A DNA stretch of 64,000 nt, from NCBI RefSeq assembly GCF_022539665.2, contig NC_081332.1:6696001-6760000 (forward strand). The letters run 5' to 3'. The position numbers were made by a program, and so were the translations under genes. The notes beneath the pieces are model-generated. The model was not told the DNA's origin. It was given only the letters and a program-made list of their open reading frames with translations, and ran no database searches. The stretch is from Daphnia carinata (taxonomy: Eukaryota). Positions 1 to 12,699 of the stretch are shown here, piece after piece (within the stretch, counting starts at the first letter, position 1; each line of letters begins with the position of its first letter).

Positions 1-2716
1 ATCAGCATGGCACAGCTCATTATACAACAAGAAACGTACTGTATATTTTAATTTCATAAAATTTGTTTTAACCACAAGGTGATTTTGCTTTGCTTTGCTC
101 TCAACATAATATTGAAAATCAAACTGTTGTATCAGCAAATACATGTGCTCTTGTATTTAAATTATAAAATAATTTAAAGCGAATTCAGAGTTTTTCAAAT
201 CATAGCAAAAATCAAGGTTAATGACAAGCGCATTAAAGAATATACAATAATTTCGAACCTTTTGCATGAAAAAAAAAAAAAGATGTATGGCGATTCCTGA
301 AGTTGCCGATCGGCACCGACGGTTTAAATCGGCTGCCCCATGGGGCTCCGCCAAAGAAAGGGTTGATTCGGGTCGAAAGCTGACCTTGAAATAGGGGTGT
401 GTTACGAGATAAGCCCGCGAATCCCATAATTTTTTCAAAAGTGTTGTTCAAAAGGAACAGAAACCTATGATCAGCGAGCTCAAAGCGAACTAACTGTCGG
501 CAACTATGTCTTCGCCAATCGGCTATCCTACAATTTCAGCACCGTCAGCACCCGTAACGTAAAATCCATTTGTCTTTCCGTTTGCAATTATTTTAAGGCT
601 AAAAACTTCCTTCAACTACTCCTAATAATATTCAACTAACTCCTAAAACTTAAAAAATGTACTTGCTGATGGACACAAAGTACGAAAAAAAAAATTGCGT
701 GTGAAAACTGAAGTAAACTGGGCAAGTTCGGTTTGCTTCCCCAATTCTTAGCAGAAGAAAGCCCCACCTGACCATTTACGTGAACCTTCGCACAGCCCTA
801 ATCGTTTCTACTTAACTTACCATAGGTTGGTAATTTCGAAACAATCGGGACTGCAACCAGAATTCACATCAAATTTACTTTTTTAGCGGGGGGTGGCGAC
901 TCCCATAACCGACTTTCTTCATACTTCAGCTTACACAGTAACGGCGCTAGCGAACCAACACCGTTACCAAACTGAAAGTGTTACATCAAGTCTTTTATAC
1001 TGCACCATACGTGATCAAACTATCACTGATAAAAGGCTACTCTTTATGGCACAAATTGACGTTTAATGTTAAAGTTAGCAAACAAAATAAACTAAATTGG
1101 CAATTTTAACAAATGAACTTTATTCTGTACTTCTTTTAGTATCTTTCGAATAGAATTTCTTTTATGTTTGGAAAAAATTACAAGCGAAAAAATCCACAAT
1201 AAAAAAAATCCTATGGTCTAATCACGGGTCGTGATTCACGATTCGTGAATGAAAAGTATCGTAAGACTAGTCATCTGGCACCGCTGGCTGATTTTAACTT
1301 AACAGCATCGTCTGCTATTTTTCTGAAAGTTTTTGTTTACAATATGCACATTAAATCCTACACAATATTGTGCAAAGTATTCGATTCGTGTGCGGTCGTG
1401 GCACAGTGGCTATCGCTATACCTTCGTAGTTAGTTTCCTCGTGTTCGATTCCCGCCACCTATAAAAAAAACCCCTATTCCTCGGAACAACTCAAAAACAA
1501 GAAATAACAATAAGCAGCCGTGCGTAAGGTATTCGTAGGCAACCCCCGTGAAGCTGGTGCAGACGCACAAGTCGCACACAAAGCTATCAACATCAACATG
1601 CGATTCGTAAATCCAAGTTTTTCGTGATGAGTGATCACAGGAAGTGGCGTTATTAAGTATAGTTTCACTGGCGATCGGAATCAGCACCATTTTCATAGCT
1701 GGTAGATTGTAAGAGCATGCAGCTTTAATATGGGGATTCTTGAGGAGAGTAGATGTTATTCAAAACAGACTGAGAGAAAAATTGGAAAATCCGTTACTAG
1801 CAACAGTAATCATTACTCGCATCTCAAAATAGGTTTATTTATTTACATGATTATTTATTTTACATAGTTTATTTATTATACATGTTTATTTAGGGATTTG
1901 TGCCCTTGTGAGGGTATCTTGTCTATCTACACTTCCTGAAACTCTCAAAGTAATTTTTTTCGTTACACTCCATAACTTGTTGTTTGCTGCAATCCATCAG
2001 CATTTTTACAATTTTAGGATATCATGTCCAATCTGAAAATCTTGAAAGTGGGAGGTGCCACCTGGGAAGCTGCATCTAAATTTAAAAAAATGATTGTGGC
2101 ATACAGTTTTGTGGAGGATTCGACGTGCGCCATTTGATTTTAAGACATCCAAATAGGGTGTCGCTGTCAGCCAAATCTGGTCTTTCAGGTGACTATCCCC
2201 CACATTGTTCCAAGGGTTTTAAAAGTAAAAACTTAATCATTGAAAAAATTTAGCTTATCGGAACAGGTGTTAGGCAAAGCGTTGAACAAACATTATTGAG
2301 TAAGATGTAGCGATTGGGAAGCAGAAAATCTATCCGAAGTACAAATACAATACGCATCCTGGTGGATTATTGGCATCGGAACGCCTGTGGAGGGGCATCA
2401 GTAAAGTTCCTGTGATCAGTAAAGCAATCGACTGATGATGATGAAGGGAATGAGCCATTCTCTTCATGTGTTCGCTTGCAAATCCATTAAGTTGGTGAAA
2501 ACAGCCAACCCTACAAGCGGTTTGTGCAACAGTAGAGAATACTCTTGTTTTCACAGGTTACGTGGATTTCAATCACAACCGTCAAAGGCCAAAAGGGAAG
2601 AGAATTTCATAAGGTACATGACAACGTCATTAAAGATAGGGGTAAGGATATTTTACCTCATTTTTTATCATTATCAATGCCACAGACTAGTGGCGTGCAT
2701 TGGGGAAAGAAACTCT

Positions 2717-2750
2717 TATAAAATTATGACAAAACAAATTTGGAATCAGT
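2717..2750 (+). promoter_or_regulatory. TATA box + TCAGT initiator of Tyr-rich gene copy 1
   Basis: TATAAAA at 2717-2723 and TCAGT at 2746-2750, ~29 bp apart. The same layout precedes copy 2. Confidence 0.6.
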
Positions 2751-2832
2751 CGTGCGGGCTCATAGAACAGCAGCAGTAGTAAATCGTGTGTCACACAACT
2801 GTTCTTTATCAAGTCTACATTATCATAAAATC

Positions 2833-3671
2833 ATGGGTAAATATCACACTTTCAAACTTAATAACATGTTTCATTAATAAATCAATAGAGAATTTTATTT
2901 TTCCTTCAGTTAGTTGCATCATGTTGATAAGGCCGTCTGTTTGATTCATTTGTTAAATCACTTTCGTTTTCAACTTGTAGCTAACTAGCTAAGTATGCCA
3001 CAATGCTGCTGTTGGCAGTTGTTTCTTTGATGGCTGGTGAGCCCATGGGGGGACCGATTGGCTCATCTTCTTCTGGATACTACACCACTTCGGCGTCCTA
3101 TTATACCACTAAGGCTCATGAGTACTACACAACCAAGAAGGCTGAGTATTACACGACAGCATACGCTACTCCAAGCTACTACACCGATGCTCCCTAATAC
3201 TACACAACGAAGGCTCCGGAGTACTACCCAACGACATACGCAACATCGAGCTACTACATTGAAGGCCAGAAGTCCTACGCTGCCCCAAATTACTACACCA
3301 CGGCTCTTCCCTCGTACCACGTGCACCCTAGCTACTACACCACAACTTATGCTGCTCCGTCTTATTACACAGAGGCTGCACAATACTACATCACGAAGGC
3401 TGCTGAATACTATACAACTACAGCCCCAGAGTACTATACAAAGAAAGCTGAGTACTACACTACCACTTATGCTGCCCTGTTTACTACACTAAGCCTCCCA
3501 AGTACTATTCGGCGTCGAGCTACTACCATAGTGAAGCCCAACAGTACTGCATCTCAAAGGCGCCCCAAAATTACACCACTACGTAAGGGTGCTCCCAGCT
3601 ACTACACCGATGCTCCAAAATATTATTGTGCCTCAAGCTCCTACGCTGAAGCAGCTAGAAAGTACTATTAG
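2833..3671 (+). pseudogene. Decayed paralogue of secreted Tyr/Thr/Ala/Pro-repeat protein
   Basis: Micro-exon ATGG|gt at 2833-2836; acceptor at 2988 gives MAKYATMLLLAVVSLMAG. YYTTTYAAPSYY-type repeats follow. In-frame TAA at 3195-3197, frameshift near 3477, and a further TAA near 3584. Confidence 0.8.
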
Positions 3672-4944
3672 AGGCCAAGCTTTTCTAAAGAGCTAAATAG
3701 TGAAAGTTAATGCCAACTTCTTATGTACCTATTGTTATTTCATCTTCCATATTTATTCGTTGATCACAATTATTTCAGACGTTGAATATCGTTTCAATAT
3801 GAAATGGCCCATAACAAACATTTCCACGTTAGCATTCGCGTTCAATTTCCTTTTTCTATAAAACGTGTATCTAAAACAAACCAAACTTGAGTTCATGCCT
3901 CTTAATCTATGAAGCACTTTTGCGCTTAAACATAGATCGTATGAAAAGGCTTATCGGCAAATTATTAAAAATTTAAGGATTCTGCCGTTTAACTTTCATT
4001 TTTTAGTATTCAAAATTTGACCCTAAGTTGAACATTTACAATAGACAGTGCTTTGATAAAATTTAAGTTTAATAGTCGGGATTACGTAAGCAAAGATTGG
4101 CATCAACATAGGCTTTACGTAAGCGAGTATATACGTATAGACGTAGTCCTTTAACCAGCTCATTGCGTCTAGTGGTCCATAACACTTCAATCGCCCCGCT
4201 TTCTAAATTTCCCGTTTTGAAAACAATGACCTACGCCACATTCCCAGGGCTTATCAAGTCTATTTGAAAAATGTTTGTTCGTGATACAGTCCACTCAGTT
4301 GCCACCATCAATGCTCCGCAAAGGATTTTTGAAGGTTGATTTACCTGTTGGATATGCGGATAAGATTGGACTCTATAAGTGATCCACTTCCGCTTGCCGT
4401 TCGTTTTCCTGCTGCACTACATGAGTTTTGAATCTGCGTCTGGATGGATGAAACGGGAATCTTTCAAATGAGTTATGTATGAGGATGAATATAGGACGTT
4501 TTTCTTAGAATGACCGACTAGAGAAAGGAAAAGATTACATCATTCATGAGTCGTTACACAAATCATATTTCTCTGTTTCGTTGTGGTAAGCCAAATCATC
4601 GGAATGAATCAGTGAGCGAAAACATTTTACAACACGGCTTTAAGGAAACAAGAGTTTAACTAGTTTTAATGATAGCATTACAATTCTGTTGGAACAACAC
4701 TTACCCTTCTCTTTTGTATAATGCTTTCAAGAAAAATTACTGTTGACGTTTTTATCCTATTCCTCATACAATAAGCATGCAGCGTTAATTCAGGGAAAAT
4801 GCGCCCCTTCAACCGCGTGTCACAGCAACAAAAGCGCCAAAGCAAACGGTGGGGTAAGAATATTGCCTGTTACGTCACTACCTGTCAGATGCGCGTGTCG
4901 TAACCGCAGGGCTAGTGAATTAAAACAGGGTGACTTTGGAGTCA

Positions 4945-4979
4945 TATAAAATGAGAGGACAAACGTGATTCAATTCAGT
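4945..4979 (+). promoter_or_regulatory. TATA box + TCAGT initiator of Tyr-rich gene copy 2
   Basis: TATAAAA at 4945-4951 and TCAGT at 4975-4979, upstream of ATG 5065. Confidence 0.6.
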
Positions 4980-5064
4980 GTAGTAAGCCACTTGGACACA
5001 ACAAGAGCAGTAAGACCATTTCCATCAGTTTGTAATTCACATCGCGTTTTTCAGCTTTGCAAAT

Positions 5065-6468
5065 ATGGGTAATTTGACGTTGTATTTTACTATTTAATCG
5101 TAAGAATTAAACCCCAAATCAATTTTGATTTCAATCACTTGTAACAAACTTGTGTGTACTTGCGCTGCATCCAGTTGGTTCAAGAGATTTATGTGTATGT
5201 ATTATCTTGTTTCAGTTAACTACGGCGCGATGCTGCTGTTGGCCGTTGTATCTCTGATAGCTGGCCAGGCCATGGGTGGACCAATGGGATGGTCTCCTTC
5301 TGCATACTACACTCCTCCGGCGTCCTACTACACCACTGCGGCGCCTTACTACACAACGACGTACGCTGCGCCCAGCTACTACACCGAATCTCCCCAGTAC
5401 TACGCGACTGAATCGCGGGAATACTACACTACAGCATCTTACTACACAACTACGTATGCCGCTTCGACGTACTACACAACGACATACGCTACACTGAGCT
5501 ACTATACTGAAACTCCCCCTGCATATAATGCTGCCCCCAGCTACATCACCACTACTGCTGCCTACTACACGACAACACAAGCAGCCAAATATTATGTAGC
5601 TCCAACTTACTACTCTGAAGCTGCCCCATCTTACTACGCTGAGCCGACATACTACGCTGAAGCCCCAAAGTCCTACGCTGCCCCAAGTTACTACATCACG
5701 TCTGCTCCTTCGTACTACGTGGAACCTACCTACCACACCACAACTTATGCTGCCCCGTCTTACTACACCACAAAGGCTGCTGAATACTACACTGCTACGT
5801 ACGCTGCCCCAGCTCACTACGCTGAGGCCCCTGTGTATTACAAGGCAGAAGGTCCGCAATACTACACTATAAAGGCTCCCGAGTACACAACAACGTATGC
5901 TTCGCCAAGTTACTATAACGAGCCTCCCAAGTACTATACCACTACTAATGCTGCTCCAGTTTACTACATCGCAGCTCCTCAATACTACTCCAAGAAGGCC
6001 GCTGAATACTCCACCATAAAGGCCGCTGAATACTCCACCACAAAGGCCGCTGAATACTACACCACAAAGGCCGCTGAATACTCCACCACAAAGGCCGCTG
6101 AATACTCCACCACAAAGGCCACTGAATACTACACCACAACGGCCACTGAATACTACACCATAAAGGCCGCTGGATACTACACTACTGCAGCTCCAGAGTA
6201 TTACACCAAGAAAGCTGAGTATTACACAACCACTTACGCAGCTCCAGCTTACTACACTGAGGCTCCACAATACTATACAACAAAGGCTCCCGAGTACTAC
6301 AGCACAACGTATGCTGCACCAAGTTATTTCACTGAAGCTCCAACATACTACACAACAACCTATGCCACTCCTAGCTACTACACGAAGCCACCAAAGTACT
6401 ATTCAGTTCCAAGCTACTATCAAACTGAAGCCCTCCAGTATTACACAACAAAAGCGCCAGAGTACTAA
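5065..6468 (+). CDS. Secreted low-complexity Tyr/Thr/Ala/Pro-repeat protein (cuticle/eggshell-like structural protein)
   Basis: Exon 1 ATGG 5065-5068, GT-AG intron 5069-5215, exon 2 5216-6468. Hydrophobic N-terminus MVNYGAMLLLAVVSLIAGQAMG, then many YYTTTYAAPSYY and TKAPEYY repeats. Confidence 0.85.
5995..6185 (+). repeat. 24-bp coding tandem repeat (KAAEY[S/Y]T[T/I])
   Basis: About eight consecutive units like AAGGCCGCTGAATACTCCACCACA. Confidence 0.9.
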
Positions 6469-6775
6469 CTACCACATCCGCCGCTCCCAGTTACTACACC
6501 GAGGCTCCAGCTTATTGCGCAACAACGTAATAAGCACTATGTGCACGTGGCACATACGTATTATTAATTTTGAAAATAGCGTTATCCCTCAAGTTCGATA
6601 ATGAGAGAATTAGACTTTGTTTTATCACTTGCAATCCTCGATCCAAAATGAGTATTTCCCTGCCATGTATTTATGCATTTACTAGTCGTTTCATACGAAT
6701 GAGGTTTCTAAATTCAATGTTGAATACAGCAATAATGTCGTTACCAAATGCACTTGTTCTTATTCTGCATCATAT

Positions 6776-7275
6776 TGTTGTGGAATCATTGACTTTTCGA
6801 CGATTCCAACGTATAGCTTTCGTAACGGAGTAAGCAGAGAGACGTTTATCGAGTCGAAGAGTGGAATATGCTAGTTCATTGGCTGTGTAGTGAAAGGATA
6901 GGTGTACGGAAGAAGCTCCTAGTCTAAATGGTTAAGACGGTATTTCGATTATTGCTCTTATTCTATTGTACTTTGTTAGTGTACAGATCGTCCGGGTATT
7001 TATGTCGTTGGGACGGACGGTCTGGTGAATCATGTAGTGTTGTGTTAGTGTACAGATCGTCCGGGATTTATGTTGTTGGAACGGACGATCTGGGTTAATG
7101 TTACTTGGTTGTACCTGTTCGTGGTACAGAACACCAAGGGTAAAAGAGTAGGACGTTGGTAAAGACGTCCGATTATACTCACCTTTTTTTTTCTAACTTA
7201 ATGCAATCTAGAAATCTCTGTTTAAAGACTTATGTTATAAATAATAAAGACAATTAATTGGACTGAAACGTAACA
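6776..7275. mobile_element. Solo LTR (Gypsy-type, 4-bp TSD)
   Basis: TGTT...AACA termini flanked by ATAT (6772-6775, 7276-7279). Internal ~50-bp direct repeat near 6975 and 7043. Confidence 0.6.
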
Positions 7276-9439
7276 ATATAAAGCGGATGAAGGCGATTTC
7301 AATTTGTATTAATACAGCATTTTCATTTCTGAACACAATTATACATTAAGCGCAGTTTCAGCCAATGCTAGGACAGATGGCATTTGACTTACTTTACGAA
7401 CAACTTGCGATTTGGTTCGGCTGCGTCCTTCTTAATTAGGACAGTTAAAAATGGGAAAATGTAACTTTCAGTTTGGTGCTATATCAGCTATATTAACGAA
7501 ATTGTTCGAGTGAAAATGCATGAGAACAGACAAAACGCATAAAACAATAATGAATCCTCCGGAAACCTGTGTCGAATGTCTGTTATCCATTTGTTGAGAT
7601 AAATATAATAAAAAACGGAGTCGATGATGCATTATATCAGTCATCTAGACAGGATCCCTTTCGGGAAATTTGACGTTCGAATTCGGTTTCAAAGATGGTG
7701 ATGCTTTAAGGGCTTTGTTCCAGTTTTACCCATAACCGGCTTATTACCAAAAAAAAAAAAAATTGGCACGACACAGGTAAGATTTTTTTTTAGCATTTTT
7801 TTTGTTCACTTTCGCGTCAGTGTAGGTATATTTATATGTATTTCTCATGCATTATGTATCATATATTGCGGAATGGAAAACGTTTCCTTTTGGCGATTCA
7901 TCCTTCGTTGATTTTCTTTTTGTGCAGTAAAGTCAACGAGACATAAAAACTTCTTTTTAAGGACTCCACCAGCCGAATTTTGCTGGTGCACTTAGAATCA
8001 CCATTCTTAGCAGTGTGGGACGTAGATTCAACTACCTTGTTAGTGTGCACCGGAAGCCACTTGACCCTCTGCTAATCGATTCCAAGACGGCAAGACGTCC
8101 AGCCGGATCCATTTTCAAATATTCCAAACGTCTTTGTGCTAGGTAAAAATTGTAAATGATTTTTTGGCAATAACTTTAAACATCAAATGCTAATCATTAG
8201 CTTTGGGCGGCTTTCGACGACGGCATAAACGATCATTGTTCCATATTTAATCTGAATTGAGTCTTTAAGGCAAGGTTCGCCAAATGGAGCTTCCAAATAG
8301 AATAAGCGATAATCGCAACAGCTGTTCAGAGTGGGTAACGCCATAAATAACCTGCCGCCGATGACAATGGTCGTACATAAATGTCGTGTCATATTGTTAA
8401 ATCAATATTTCTCTGGTGGGCAGCGGGAGAAACAGCGTCCTTAAAATGGTTTGCACTTTAAGGGAAGATGGCCAATTTCTCTGGAATTCATTTCGTTTTT
8501 CTGGCAGTAGTCTTCAGACCATCGAGGACTAAGTGGTCGCAATCTGTAAGTCCTTAAGCATCATCAAGTCATTAAGCATTTTAGTTGTTCAGTTTCTCGA
8601 ATTTCAATCTTCTGTGGTATAAAACTGCTGCCTTTTTCGCAGCTCGTTTTTACCGTCATAATAGTACTTGTAGTGCTCTGACATGAGCGGAAGGAAACTC
8701 TATCGATGGTGCTATCTCGAGAATGGAATCTCAACTTCTTTAACTTCCATCGTATTCTCGTCAAGAGCTACCAACCACCAGTTGGTTGGGTGTGTGTCAA
8801 CTCCCTTGCCATTATTATCTTGTAATTAAACAGGACTATCCAAATTGAAATTATAACAATTCATTTCATTTAACGATCATTCCAAGTATCAGAATATTTA
8901 TCCAGTCCGTTCATGTTTTGACTTCGTCCTCTACCAGTGGGCCTAAGTTCCGAATCCAGGTGATCTTGTTGTCTGCAGTCGGAGGACGTCGAGTTTAATC
9001 GACCTCTAGTAAACTCTGTTAGATCCCCTGATCCTCGATTTGCTCTTGTCTTGGCGATGTGCCATCTTAAAAGACTATTAAACTATTATCATGCAATTGG
9101 TGGGTAGATTCTTGTTCCAGGCTAAGCGCTGCCAATACGTCAGGATCAGGACCCCCACTTTGCAGCAAGGAGAATTTGCCGTACTGGATAGCCAGAATTA
9201 CGAAAGCTTATCTTAATTGATTGTTCTTAAACGGAGTAAGTTATAGTGTACAAAATAAATTACTTAGAAGAAACAAATTAGTCTTTCCAGAATGTTTTTA
9301 AAAAAATAATAATAGATATAAACAACACTCATGCTGAATATGCATGAAACTTACTTTTTAGTTCCGACGCCGGTTCGACCGCGTTTAACATAAATATATC
9401 CGAGTTTGTTAATCATTTGAAATCAAAAGAACATGTTTA

Positions 9440-10320
9440 GTTTTTCTTCGACGTGCAAATGGGGCAGAAGTAGGGGATATTTTCTGCATAATCACTTTTT
9501 TTTATTTTCCCACATTTACAATTTTTAATAATTTATTCATGTCCAAACTTAGTCCTAGCCACAACTAATTGCCTATAATGAAGACACCAATCACAAATTT
9601 CGCCCCGAATGATAACCTTTTCTCCTAATAAACAAATTGTTTAGTGTTTGCATTAACAAACTGTAAGTCTGAAAAATTATTCCGTAGTTCATACTCACCT
9701 CATAGTGGAATGTCACACTAGCATGGTTCAAACTCTGCCTTGGTCCTCTTCTTCACTTTGAATCTATTGCCTTTAGCATGCAAAACTCGAGAAAACTGTT
9801 TGAAATTGTTCTATTTTGTAGAGCATTTTGATAAAAATACTTGTTCTCCGGATTGAGTGCAAAATGTAAGAAAAGGTTGCTAGCTTTTGCATTACCTAAT
9901 GCAATTCTGATGAAATATATTTTTCACCACTATTTTAGTTGACCATAATATTTATATTTTCAATTTCTCGTGATGGACCTCTTCCTTTTGTATCTTCTTA
10001 CAATACCATACACATTTCAATTATTCATAACATTAAAGAAGTGTTTTTTTGCCTTCTAATTATCAATATCATGCTTCCAGAATGAGCAGCCATTGTCCTT
10101 CAACGATTGCTGAGCAGCATGCTTGGCTGGTAATATCAGAAAGGAATTACTGACAAACTCTTAAAATAAAGTTTTACTATACCTGCAAATGGCGAAGACA
10201 TAAAAATTTTCTTCCATACAATGTCCTTCTTTCTTTCTTTCTTTCTTTCAAATGTAAGTGTCGCTGGCCATGGCTGGATGCCACTGGGTACAGCTTACGG
10301 GTCGTTGTGGACATCCCTTG
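9440..10320 (-). pseudogene. Degenerate PHD-finger-like gene fragment (possibly KDM5-like C-terminus)
   Basis: Stop-riddled minus-strand translations include CTQWH...HCMEEKFLCLRHLQ and ICDWCLH...YFCPICT, which resemble two PHD fingers. The assignment is weak. Confidence 0.25.
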
Positions 10321-12174
10321 TACACCTTTGCTTCGACTTATTGAATATTTACTAAGGGAAAGATAAATAATCTACACAGAAAGATAAGGAGTGAAACAGG
10401 GAGGGGAGGGGGGATATACACATCACACTGCATATTACTATATTCTTTCAATTATACTGACGAAAGTAACTTACTTTCAACCCCAAGGGTGTATATGTAG
10501 ACGAGATCTATTTAGCTCTTTAAAAACTTTTCTTACCTCGCCCCCTGCAACCACCCTCTCCAATAATATTGATTTAATTAATTAATTAAAAAATTAATAA
10601 TATTGAAAATAAAATAAAATAGAAGTGTAGTCCCATAAGAAACACACAGCGAATAACACTGCAGTTTGAGCTCACCATTTTGAGCTAGCTCATGAATTCT
10701 TTGATGCTAAAAACCAAAAGCTGTGTAAAAAATAAGACTTTTATAGTAAATGAGCTGTATAAAAGAATAGATAGAGCATGTAATCGTGCAAAAACGTTAC
10801 AAATATGAATTCAAACAAAAAAAGTTATGACGGAGTGACGAGACGAGCAATTGATAACCCTGTTTGGAGTAGGGAAAATTACACAAGCTGTCCGTTTCAA
10901 TTCATTCACCATTCGAAATAAAATGACTAATATCCAGTAAACGATTTCGAACTGGAAATCTTTTTCCTCAATTAAGGAAAACGTCTTAAGGAAACTAATT
11001 CTTGTTCGAAACCGTTTTCTTGATATTAATGGTTTTATTTTTGATTACATAAATACACATCAAGTAGTACTGAAATTTACTATATGAATTCTAATTAGTT
11101 TCTTTCGTACCTAGTGGATTTCATTTTCAGGAAAATACGCTAACCTTGCATTTAGATACAAAATTGGTAAACCGAATAATTCAAACGACGTTGCGTCCAA
11201 ATCAATTAGAAGAACTTTTCACAAGCTTAGAAATTTATGTAAATATGTGGAACGATATCACGCGCAACCAGTAGGGAAAACGGTCACATTCGAGTATGCA
11301 CATGCATGCACCTTTGTTTGGTGCCTTCCCTTTTCCCACAAGGGACCAAAATAACATCGGGGCCAACTATTTGAAAGGAAATGCAATTTTATATTTTAAG
11401 TAATTTTGCTACAAAGATAAAGTTATTAAATCACATTTTTTCTTATGTTTTATGTGTAAACAATTGCATAATTTGCACCAGTATAAATGGCATTCAGCAC
11501 TAGGGGGTAGGGTCAGCAACTGTGAGTCATCGTTCAGTTGATAGCAGACAGTAGGAGAGGCATAAAGTCAGGTTGGAAGTGTGGAGGCGTGTAATAGCGA
11601 GAAGTGGAGGTGTGAATTAAAACCCAAACCCCACCATATTTAATTTAATTTCTAACGAACATATAATCCAGTTTGCTTCACGAAACTTTTCTTCCATTTT
11701 GTCAGTTTTATCGTGATCAGCTCTCGAAGGGCTTTTGTCATTATTTCATACAAATTGTAACTGATAGATATTTATATTTATATATTTATATAAGGGACCC
11801 TAGTAGCATAACGCGTCCTGAGGATATCCTATGACGTCCCACCTACGTCTGCCGTTTTTCGAGGCGATTTGGATGTCTCAAACATAGGTTAAACTAAAAT
11901 GACCGATAGGAGAGCCCTCTGGTTTCCCATCGGGTTATTCCCCCACCGATCAAAATCGGTGACAACGTAGTTGGGAAATAGAAAGCCACGGAACCTCGCA
12001 AGTAATTACATAATGTATATATATGTCGTAATAATACATATAATTAATAAGTTTTGCAAAAGCAGTGTATTGCGACACAGGGATGATGTGGAACTTAATT
12101 TACAGTATGGTTTAATAGAGGGCAGAAAAAATATCCATTTTCAGGAATGCTGATAGGTATGCGAATGGCCTTAC

Positions 12175-12626
12175 CAGACTTGCCGCGATCGCGATCAAAA
12201 ATGATCGCCGATCCGAATCAAAAAATTGATATCCGATGAAAAAGATCGGAGATCGGATCGGCGATCCCAAAAAATTGATCGCGATCCGATCGTTTTTTGC
12301 GATCAAACTTTTCGCCATCTAGCTGTAGATTTTCAGCCGCAGGGTTCTATTTCTCTGCTATTTATGCGAATGCCAATTGAAGGAAATGTTTAGTGTTCAC
12401 CCTCAATGGCCGCCAGTGACTGTCGCTGTGACAGCCAATGCTATTTTCGCGAAACAGTGTAAATTTTTACCGTTAGATGCTGCACAAAAATGATCGCTAA
12501 AAATGATCGGCAAAATTTGATCGCCGATCCGATCTTTCGCAGTTTGATCGGATCGCCCGATCCGATCAAACTCAAAAGATCGGATCGGAGATCGCGATCG
12601 GAAAATTGATCGGCGCGGCAAGTCTG
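12175..12626 (+). mobile_element. hAT-type MITE (GATC-rich), copy 1
   Basis: 13-bp TIR CAGACTTGCCGCG; perfect 8-bp TSD GGCCTTAC (12167-12174, 12627-12634). Confidence 0.95.
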
Positions 12627-12699
12627 GGCCTTACACATAACATCAACAATGGGAAATGATTCTAATATCGGAGACAAATTTGATGCCAGAATTTCGTTT

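Noticed and set aside
157..2560. Possible minus-strand exon fragments (e.g. 1430-1696, 2006-2203)
   Set aside because: No family recognised and no consistent exon chain could be built.
5212..6270. 352-aa antisense ORF rich in V/S/G/C
   Set aside because: Shadow of the repetitive Tyr-rich sense gene; promoter, splice sites and signal peptide are all on the plus strand.
7940..9210. Coding-like minus-strand fragments including ENGSGW
   Set aside because: Many stops; one short motif is not enough to call a Polinton polymerase or any other family.
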